Shown piece by piece: positions 38,953 to 49,896 of a stretch of 64,000 bases of DNA. This stretch comes from Ophelia neglecta (lineage: Eukaryota). The DNA lies in assembly GCA_965285935.1 (NCBI GenBank), contig OZ260663.1:100812001-100876000 (forward strand), written 5' to 3'. The notes under the pieces are model-generated. The model had not been told where the DNA came from, made no database searches, and worked only from the letters and a program-made list of their open reading frames with translations. The stretch's first letter is position 1, and every line of letters begins with the position of its first letter. The translations under genes were made by a program, and so were the position numbers.

Positions 38953-41900
38953 TTACAACACAATAGGACATGGTGTGATGTTTTCATACTTATTATTGTA
39001 TATATTGACGTCTTCATACTCGTCATTGCTGACCAACTGAGGTAAAGTAAGTGACTCGTATTGTCCCATGCCGCTGTTTCCTAGAAATAAATTCATATTA
39101 TATTAGCATGAACATATGAACGCATTTTAACGTTAACGTTGTCTTTAAGCATGATCCAGATTCAGTTAAAGACTCAAACTGAATTAGGAGCAAGGGGCTG
39201 TTTCTGGTACTTTAAAATATAAAAACCAAGAAACTTGCACTGACGGGATATAATGGAAAAGGAGTAAATGAAAAAAAACGTCAAAGGGTACTTGCCATAC
39301 TGAAACACATTATTTGAAATCGGAATTTCATAAACATGGACATTTTCAAGTGGTACATCCTCCGTCTGGGTCTTTGACACATTAATATCTTCATACTGGT
39401 CGGGTTGGTGGTCGCAGGGCACTTCAATGGCTGGCTTTGCCGATCTCCTTCTCTGAATAAACATTCTGGATACAACAACATTTTAATTTAGCGTGAGTCT
39501 CCTTATTGACCTATATACAAGCAATATGTTCATAGAGTATTACACAACTTTACATGTACCCTTATATGCTGCATGCTCTGGTTTTTGGTGTTCTCGTTAA
39601 TCAAGTACAAATTTATTACATAGCTATGATGCAATTGTGCAAAACATTACAACATGACCCCTATCCCTAGGTCGAGCGACATAGATCACTATTTGAATAC
39701 ATTATTTTTTCAATGTGAATGTGTTGAAATAATGGCAACTAGAAGCTAAACGTGGGAAGTCTAAGAAACTAAATCACTGTACATTGACCCGCCTCAACCT
39801 TGATAAAATCATTTCTAGGATTTCGCAAGTCCAAAGGCGTGTGTAATAACTAAAAAAAATGGCGGAATATAAATATTTGGGAAACGGAAGGGTTCTGTTT
39901 TATAAAATCCACATAGGTTTTGTTTCCGAGTAAGGATGAGCAGCAATCCAGTTCATTTCCCAATGTTCTTTAACACCATGTGAAGCTCTCGTAGGCGACG
40001 CTGAAAGTCTTTGGTAGTACATGCTGTACATCCTGCTATGAATATTTGTTTTATTGGCTCGTGTGCATTGAGGTTACAATTATTTGCTCTCGAAGGCCCG
40101 TACTTAAAGATCTTTCGTGTTAATTTCTGTAGACCCTGCTATGAACTGTTGTTTATATTAGCTCGTGTGCATTGTGCTGGCAATTATTGTATAGGTTGAT
40201 CCAAAATAAAAGTATGAATGTTATTAGTTTTAAGGAATTCAATATGTCAAACAGTTTCGAAACAAATCCAACATCATTTTGCGTAGTCAATTCAAACAAA
40301 GACAAAGCGCTTATGGAGAATTGATAACTAAGGGTGTACTTCTGGAACGTCTAGAACGAGAGCAGGAAGTTGGACAATCTTGTAACGTAAATTGTAATAA
40401 AACTTTGCATTTATGATTTCTAGGCACACCATTATTGAAACAACTCGAGTCAATACCAAAGAGAAAAAATATTAAGAATTGTCTTAAATCCGTCCAAATT
40501 TATCAGCAACCATCAGCAGAAAAAAACATAGTAACGGAATCATGTACAAAACTTTAATTGATATCAATTGCAAAAGGAAACAGTGAATATTAATCCATGA
40601 TGTCAGCCAGGGCACAGAACAATCAGAGCTAGTAACCAAAGTTGGAAATATGCACGAGGATAGCCTATGATGGATTAGGCTCTCACTTAAATATGAGACT
40701 ATGGATAGCGACCTACGGAACAGAAGGATGTAAAAGATCCTTCCCAAAAGGATATAGTTTTGAATATTCTCAATAATGTAATAATTGGTTAAATCAACAA
40801 TGGGAATCAGTTACTCTTTTATAGTGAATAAGATTGCATTAGTATGGAGCAGGTACCCACAGTCCCTAACCCTAGGATGAGAATACACCACTATAAGCCC
40901 CAGAGAAAACTTGAAACGCAATATCATGCGTCTATTTTTCAAAAACTTTAATTGAAGGCAGGCAGTCTACTTCCATCAGATTCTTCTCTGTTTCCTGTAT
41001 TAGGGACATTTACAATTTTCTTTCTAAGCTGATGGTTACCGATGAAGTCGAGTTCACTACCTCAAAATTCACCACTAGGTTTATATTTATAGCCAGAAAA
41101 CTGCGTGTTATTACAAAAGCAGAGGTAGCTGTAAATGTTACGTGTGAACTGATGAAAATGCAGTTAATATCCTCGTCTCTAAAGTTTATTTTTAAAATTG
41201 TACGTGGTTCTACTTGGTAAGACCCACTTTTAATAGAGTATATGAACTAGAATATAGGCTACGTGTGAAATATGCCCTAAAACTGTATAAATAATCACCC
41301 AAGAACACCCTAGTGATATCCATCCCTTCACACCTTCATCAATGGCAAGACCCTTCCAGTTGTCTCAATAGATGTCTCAAATATAAAGACTTAAATATTA
41401 AACACACTCACCCTAGACAAACCAACAATCCAGATACTACTGCCAGAAAGACCACCCCGGCAGCGGTAACTCCTCCGATTACTGCCACGCTTACTCCTGA
41501 CCCCTGATATGGCTTATTGTACGGTATAGTAATACCAGTAGATGGGGATGTGGCTACTGCTACGATGGTGGTTTTGGTGTTGTCACTAGTTGGTAATGTC
41601 GTAGATAGTTTAGCTCTTGACTTGGTTGTCATTGTTTTTATAGCCGTTAAGGTTGTAGTTTTTCCCTTTGTCGTGGTCGACGGGGGTTTCTTCGTAGTAG
41701 GTACTGCTGGAAAAAAATACCGGAATGGTTACCCAGCAGACGAGTGAAATCATTTGAAATAAGAGCAGCAAGTGATCTTAATATCAGTTAAGATAACGGA
41801 AAATGTGATTAAAAAGCAATTAAGTTGAAAAGATAAAAGTTGAAATGACTGTTAATGTTAATAAATAGTCCAGAGGTTTTCATGAGGAGGGAGACCACCA

Positions 41901-44900
41901 TACAAATGTGGTGGTTGACGATTTGAACTAGGCATTTCGAGAGCTTTTGGTAGACTGATATTAGAGACAGGGGCAAGCCATGATAGCAAATACTTTAGAA
42001 GTTAGATGAAATATGGTAAAGACGTGTATAGCGACTCATTTGATCTACTTGCCCACAACATGTGATCAATGAAGGTATCTCATCATAATTGTCGATAGGT
42101 CATAATTCATAGCTCTCGAGGAAGGTAATTTGTTTATAGTATAATGAGTAGTAGACATACTAATAACGGCCCATCCCACCTCTATCCTAATATTTCACTT
42201 TACAAAAAGAATTTTCTAATTAACTGAATAATAATCATGGTTAGAGTATCCAAGCCTCAAGAATCCGCAATACTTTACCATAGGCCATATATATGGTATA
42301 GTCTTAAACAAGGGAGAAGAAAATATTACTTTGCATTTCGCCTACGACCTTATTACAGCTGTTAATTTACATGCAACTCTTACTGTTTGTTTTCTTGTTA
42401 AGTTGATTGATTCGATCCTAATTTATATGACATACATTCTATAATTTGTAATTAATGCAAGGAAAAATTTCTTCTAAAAAAGGCTTGACAAATTGAGGTG
42501 TTAACCATGACCGAAATGACAAAATGGTCTTTTTACACAATGACCGATGGAGCCACGAAGACATTCAAAGAGAAATGTACAATTTCTTCCTTTTAAACTT
42601 TTAACTTTGGGAAGTAATCTAATTAACGCTATTTTTAATTATTGTTAGGGTGGGTAAAAGATGCAAAGCAGATCACAGGCCGCCGAAGGTAGAAATCCGC
42701 ACCGCAGTTTTGGCGCATTCCTGCCCTCGCAAATTATGGGTCTCAGTTTAGACAAGCGTCCCGCCACAGTGGATGCCCGGGTTTTGTCAATGCTTGTGTT
42801 CCACACCCCACCGGCATCTGATAGAAATCAGGATTGGCTTGAGAAACAGCAATACTGACCTGTGCGGGGTAGGACGCCCACTGGCGCTGCATATTGCACA
42901 TCCCAATGAGTGCAAAGTGTTACAGTTTTAGAGACCTAATAATAATAATAATATTGGCATATCTACAGCACTCAGTATCCTATGTATGCCATGTTCAAAG
43001 GCCCTTCACAATAAAATATAATATGGATTAAGATATAGGAATTCTTTATCAAATAGCAGAAAGATTTGGAAAAAAGGGTTATTCCATTTTAAAAGATGTG
43101 CAATTAAATACCAAGTATCCTTGATAAACAAGATCAGATACATAAGCATTATCGGTCTTCATAGGCTAGTGGGTCTTGGGCTTTGAACGCACCTACCGAC
43201 TCAGCAGATCTTGCATGAGCTGGTAAAGAATTCCAGAGCCTGGAGTCGTGTGATCTTAAAGATCGATCACCAGCTCTAGAGAGTTTTGTTTTCAGTACCA
43301 CTACTAGTAATAGCACTACTAGAAGTAGTAGTACACGGTAGATCACGAGTTGGTTCGTATCTTTGCAGCTCTTTAGAGACGTACAAGGGGGCATATTCAT
43401 TCAGGTCCTTGTACACAATGGACGGAAGCTTAAAATCGACCGGTGTAATGTGTTCAAGTATTTCGTTATGGTTAACCAATTTAACAGCAAAGTTTTGCAC
43501 TTTCTGAATCTGTTTAAGCTAAGCTGCAGAGACACCACACAGCAGAGAATTGCAAAGGTCAATGCAGGATGCCACAAATGCCTTTACCTACTGCTTCGTG
43601 GCATCAGTTGTCAGAAATTTTCTGATGCGTCCAATATGACTCCCAAGTTCTTAAAACGCTGGTTCAGAACGGCTACAATCTTCCAGGCGACTGAGACGCT
43701 AGAGGCCGGACTTTTGGAAAGCATTTGGTGTTAGCCAATTACAAGTACCTCTGTTTTATAAGTGTTTTGATTTGAGAAAATTTAGTGTCAAACAGTTCTT
43801 TACCTCGTAGAGTCATTCGTCCACCCAGGAGACATGGTCCGCAGATTTGGGTTTTCACAGCCAGAAATATCTGATTATCATCAACGTATGTGTTAAGGCC
43901 GAAGCCATATTGTTGGATGGGCAAACCGAGAGGAAGAATGTATATGAGAAATAATAATAAAAAGAAACTGTCGAGAGCCGACTGCAGTCATAGGTAGCGT
44001 TATTAGTTACCCAGATGGGGCGGGACGAGGTGTGGGGGTCGGGGGTGTGGGTGGTAGATCGATGCTAGTTCGATTGTACATAACAAATTTATGAAACGAT
44101 ATGACAATGTTTACCTCTGGCTGCTGTGGCTTCTAAAGCGTAAGTGTATCTATACGCCCCTTGATGACGAGGTATACAGTCTGTAGTATACACGGTATCC
44201 GATGTAAGGGGCGGCTCTGTCTGAGATGTCTGTCCGACTTTCCTTCCACCTCCAGGTCACAGAGTCAGCGGTCACGGATACCGGAATCGTCTGAGCGTAA
44301 TCGGAGCTGCCAAACAGCATCTTGGCTGAATAAGTGTCAAAATATACAAGGATTGAGTAATAAAATAAGCTTTTAATATTTTGCTTATAAGATTTAGTTA
44401 GTCATATACAATATGCCCTACGTATTCTGACGTCACACTGGTCCCCTGCCAGCCACTCTTCGTTGTTGTCGTAGTAACAGGCTTCACAGGCGCCGTTCTG
44501 CTGGTCACACACACGCTTACACCGGGAGTTACATCCCCGGCGACAGTCAGATTGGTGAAACCCACCTGGACATTCTAACAACAGCATTAATTTAATCAGT
44601 TAAAGACTAATCAGACAAAAAGGGATTTACATCAACAACTATAACTTTAAAAACCCACTTTAAATGTTTGGGATATGTTATCACCCAGAATTACAACTAC
44701 AGCTACTACAACTAACTTCTGTTTTTGCATGAAGTATGGACTTAAATATTAATTTATACTACCAAAGTGACATTACCGGATGTCGTCTTCACCGATGTAC
44801 TTGTAATGGGCACTTCATCAGATGTAAAGACTGAGAAGGCAGTGGATGAATGCTCAGGAGGTGTCATGGCTGTAGTCACTGATACACCAGATGTTACCTT

Positions 44901-47671
44901 TTTATCTGAATTATACAATGTGTATCAATGAACGCGTTTTATGGGCCAATATAGGTATATATATATATCTCTTTAAACAATCTCTTTATGCAATTACGAG
45001 CAGATCACTGTCTACTGGCTGTTATCAGACATTGTCCAAAATGTGGTGTTTCTAAAAGTGGTCTGTTCCGATGTGATGGCTGTTGTTGACATGCCGTTTA
45101 TGTCAATCGTTGTAGTTGTTGGTGCAACCGTCGTTATACCAGCAAATGAACGTTAAGGAATGCCAGACGTATGTTTCATGTATTCACTAATGAATATGTA
45201 TGTACCAAAATAAATTTGCATTAGATGCAGGCTGTGAGTGAATTTTCGTATCTGATTTCTTAACTTCTTAAAATGTTACTGTGGCTTGCTTTATATTGAT
45301 CAAATCCAAATGTTTCACCTGACAATGTCCAGGCCTCCAGATGCGACGATTTGTACTTATAGTATGTTTCCGGACTTTCTACTTTCTGTCCAGTGGAGTT
45401 GATCCTGTACACAGCCAGATCAAACTGATACCTAGTGCCAGCGTGTAGCCCTGATACAGTTCCCTGCTGCCAGTCTGTTTTATTGTATTTGACGTCTGCT
45501 CCCAGGGTCCAACCCGACGTGGTATGTAGTCTGTAGTATATGTGGTATCCGATGTACGGAGCGGCGCTGTCTGAGATGCCTGTCAGACCTTCCCTCCATC
45601 TCCAGGTTACCGAGTCAATGCTAACAGATAGAGGTGCCGTATCAACAACGTCAGGCCCTCCAAACCGCATAACGGCTGGAAAAATATGTGTGATTCTTAT
45701 ATTTCTTGTTAATAGTAGCACAAACATTATTCACAACATAATCGAGATTTATGGTTGATTTTGATTTTATCAAGCTCCAATTTTTAATGTAATCTAATCT
45801 TCTACTAGTATAGCTTAATAGATACCTGCAATCTAAGGTGTAATGCTAGCTTAGAGACCCATAGTATATTTATTGCGCTGGTTACTTACGTATTATGATC
45901 TCACACTGGTCCCCTGCCCGCCAGTAACCACTCACATAGAAGTCACAATCAGTACACGCCCCGCTCTCCCGGTCACAGCCATCCTTACACAGGTTGTTAC
46001 ACCGTCTTGTACAGTCAGGGCCGTAATAAGAAACCGGGCATTCTGATAAATATACATAGCAAGTGTCTTATATTTATTCAATAGTTTATAAAAACAAATA
46101 GTGTACTTTCATTGCAATTAAGGGGTATAAGTGGAAATGTCCTACCTGTATAGTTCGTTGTGGCAATAAGGGTATACCCCCTTGATGTGTAATATGTGTT
46201 GACACTTTCTACTGGCTCTTTATCAGTTATTTTCCTGTAGACAACCAGATTAAACTGGTACCGTGTCCCAGGCAGTAGTCCTGATACAGTCCCCTGTTGC
46301 CACTCTGTTTTAGAGTAACGCACGTCAGCTCCTAGTAACCACCCCCCTGATGACGTTGTATACATTCTGTAATATACATGGTATCCGATGTAAGGAGCGG
46401 CTCTGTCTGAGATGTCTGCTCCCTCCTTCCATCTCCACGTTACCGAGTTTGTGGTCACTGATACCGGACTAGTCGGGACCTCGTCAGCAAAGCCGAAATT
46501 CATCTTAGCTAGTAAAATGAGAATAAATCACCTTGAAACAAAGGAGGTATTTTCTTTAAATAATGTTTATATTTGCTTCATTCTTTGCATACAACGAGTC
46601 GAGTGTGAAAAACCAACAAATTCCGATTTTGTTACAAGAACGATATATATTGATAGACAACACTCACGTATTATGATATTACACTTGTCCCCTGTCAGCC
46701 AATAACCAGTCCCCTGGATATCACCACAGCCATCAGTACACACCCCGATGTCCCTGACACACAGTCTGACCTTACACTCAGGGTTACAGACGTCATGGCA
46801 TTCAGAGGCATCCCTGCAGGCTGGAAGTAACGAAAAGCACGTGGTAGCATGGTTTTACCTGATCTGCGTCCGATGGAACACTCATCTTAAGGAGTAATAA
46901 TTAATTGATAAAATGTTACACGTGTATAATCACACTGTAGTCAGGTACACACACCAGGGAACTGGGTAAATACAATTCATTTTTTTAAAGCTTAATATGC
47001 TACCTGTTTTTCCGAATAACATTGACGCCTCGTGCCAAAAATATCTAACAATGTATATACTACATTCTGTTATGTATGTATGAGGATTTTCACATTCTCT
47101 TATGTGTACCAGTTCACATCGGACTGAGATGAAATAAAAGTACTAGCGTATAAAGCTTTTTCTTCTCTTTATCCCCCCCCCCCCCCCTTGCAATATCCAG
47201 TAATTTAATATACTGCAAAGAATGATCCGCCCCCATCCTAGTTGCTTGTTTACGGCCAACACGAGGCCTATTACATACCTCCTTTTTCTTCGAAAAAGGT
47301 GGGGGCAAAAAATAGCATGGAAATAAACAGGAACTGGAATAAACGTACCAGAAGGCGGCAGGCACGGAGGAAATAATGCTGATAAGTGAATCTCGTTACT
47401 ATTATGCGCATTGGATAATATTCGCTACGGTTCTAATCGGGCAGAATGTCGCACAAGCATCAAAATAGAGGAATTATAGCTGAGCTCTTTGACCGCTAAT
47501 GAAAGAGTCGCGGCTACTATATTATAATGGTGTACACCACGATAACACTAAGTTTTGGCTAAAGTTGAAAAGCGCGTCCTACACTGCTCTAGAGTGATAT
47601 AAAATTGATTTACCTTGTGTTTCCGCCAAGGCCAGGAAGAGCATCGATAGACATATTTTCATAGCTCCCAT
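38953..47671 (-). CDS. Copy 3: EGF/FN3 single-pass receptor with no phosphatase and a tyrosine-motif (ITAM-like) cytoplasmic tail; about 652 aa if the broken third FN3 exon is skipped
   Basis: Exons: 47614-47671 signal peptide; 46668-46820 EGF; 46146-46508 FN3; 45890-46042 EGF; 45319-45675 FN3; 44777-44905 S/T; 44422-44574 EGF; [44115-44325 frameshifted FN3]; 41412-41706 Thr-rich stalk plus TM VAVIGGVTAAGVVFLAVVSGLLVCLG; 39296-39465 MFIQRRRSAK...QYEDI...VYEIP, with a GC donor; 38953-39080 GQYESL...DEYEDVNIYNNKYENITPCPIVL*. Phases are consistent throughout, and no PTP exons lie between 33 kb and 41 kb. Confidence 0.72.
42937..43950 (-). mobile_element. 5-prime-truncated, degraded LINE (L2/CR1 group) within an intron of copy 3
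   Basis: RT segment IYILPLG...YVDDNQIFL (YVDD at 43877-43888), the typical ORF2 C-terminus GDRS...RLWNSLP...FK, and a (TTA)n 3-prime tail at 42937-42953. Confidence 0.82.
44115..44325 (-). pseudogene. Frameshifted remnant of the third FN3 exon of copy 3
   Basis: 211 nt versus 360 nt in copy 2 (28273-28632). An internal deletion joins two CCCC tracts at about 44160 and gives ...YTSSSRGV*. Splice sites are still AG/GT. Confidence 0.8.
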
Positions 47672-49591
47672 TTTTCGTAGGGATTGAACCTAAAGGGAGT
47701 TCCACTGGTGAAATGCTTCGCTGTTTTCCTTCTTCGTTAACTTTTACCAAAGTATATTAAGGCTCTGCATGATAAAAGGTGTCGGTAGAAATGTCAAATA
47801 TGACTCGGTGCGTTCCCTTTAATCCGGTATTACGCAGTATTAAACTCAATATTCTGCTGCCCAAATAATCTCCGGTAGAGTGGGGATTCAAAATTTGTAC
47901 TTCCTTGTTTGTGACATAGATCCAACCAACCGAGAACGCTTCATTCACCAATTTCTATACGTGAATATCGCGCTAGGGCAAGGGATATGCATTGGCGCTT
48001 TGCCTTAAGTCTGGTTAGCACGTTTCAAATGCGGATCCTTACCTTTTAACAATAATTCGTGAAGCAGTGAGGGCGTAGACAAACTTCACAAAAACTTACC
48101 TCTGTTGACGAGGTAAGGAGAATGGGGATAACTGTAAAATCCAGATACGAGACACCGATAATCAGATATGATATACAAGGAATTTAAAACGTAGCCGTTT
48201 AATGTAGGTTTGTGGTAGGGGTTAGGCTTAAGGATGGAAAGTTTCACTAAGGTTGTTTGCTAAACCCTACCCTCCTCGCACATAGATTATTGGCCTCAGT
48301 CCGCCCCTGTCTACATAACAAAGGACATCTCACAGCATTCAAGGTAACCCAGCAAAATTCATATGTACCTTTAGAAATGTGTTAAACGTCTGCGATAAAG
48401 CCCAGTAAACTGTCTCATAGAAAACATCCATTATTGCTCCCGACTGAGTCATTGAACCATGTCTTACAGTGATGTATTTACTATTTAAGGGCGCCGAGTG
48501 TAAGTTTAAGCAGCCGTACTTGACAATACGGTGTACGGCGTGTTAGCAAGAACTCACCGCAGGTAACATCTTTATATGAATATTACTAATAGTTTCTAAT
48601 AATTATTTCATTTGTTTGTAGCAATAGAAACATTTAGAACAAACAATGAATGTGCAGTAAAACATCTTTTCTGATCTTGGCATAGTTAACGCTGTGACAA
48701 GAGATATTCAAAATTATCTTCTTGCATCCTTCATGCCAAAGTCCGATAAAACATGTAGTCAATAAACGATGATTTTCTTTATAGTTAAATGTACTTTTTA
48801 TAAGATAAATATCTGTATTAACGTATATAGTATCGTATCTTAACGGAGTATCTTATATATTTATTAGAAATCACATTGAAAACGATATACAGTGACCGCA
48901 GGAAAGCTCCTTCCCGGTACACCGTATATACCAAGGCGTCTGTATATTTAAAGCTTGTGTTGAATTGAAATGCAGACGACATTCCTGTTTGAACACGTTA
49001 TGTATATATGATGACATTGGTTTTTTTTCTTGTATCATATAAAGAGCAGGCGCGGGAGGGGGGTTACCATGTAACCCAGCAATAAATGGCAATTTGAGTA
49101 AGTGTACCGGAAACTAATGATTATCCGACTAACATGCTGTCGTACTTTTTCATTGCAAGGATCGGGCCACGTCAAGTGTTTGATTGAAAGAGTAATGTAG
49201 TTGCTGAATGTGTAGCAGTAACCATATTTGAATTTGAACCATATTTGAAGTCATTAAATGCACAAAGTCTGTCTTTAAAGGCTATATCCTGTGTTGTCAT
49301 AGCAACGCATTTACCAGTTACAACTAATTTTGAAACTTGATGCAACAAAGAAACTTAACTGGTAACTGGGTGAATCAAGTGGCGGCTGATATTTATCTTT
49401 ACCGGATGATATAGTGAATGTAATAGAAAGTAGGGTAATATGCCTATTCTATAACAGCCGTTTCAAATCAGCAATGTTGCTCCATCCTCACTAGTCGGAG
49501 CACCGATTTCTAGGTTGCAGGAAACTAAATAAATCTCCTATCGTTTACATGTTAAATGAACATTATTCGACATCATTTTTCACATATTCAA

Positions 49592-49896
49592 TGTGGCTGC
49601 AGTAGGAGAAACGATGACTAGGTTTATGTTTCATACGGCTTTATTGTTTCTTACATGAATGCCATGGACACCTTGGGTACCGTGAAACTGTAACAAATAA
49701 ACTCACGATATATTCTTTACATATTGCACAGAGATCACAACACAATTACATATGATAACATATACAAGTAAACGATGTAACGAACCTCTTTGGCCTCTTA
49801 CAGTTCTGGCTCCTACATACATTTATACTGTCGACCGTATCGCTGTCGACATCACCGAGAACACATGCACTGTCGCCGCTCACATAACGACAACCG
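49592..49896 (-). repeat. Truncated 3-prime LTR of the BEL element (305 bp remain)
   Basis: Identity to the other LTR ends at ...GACAACCG (49896), where integrase coding sequence abuts directly. The integrase C-terminus, the PPT and about 250 bp of the LTR are deleted. Confidence 0.92.
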
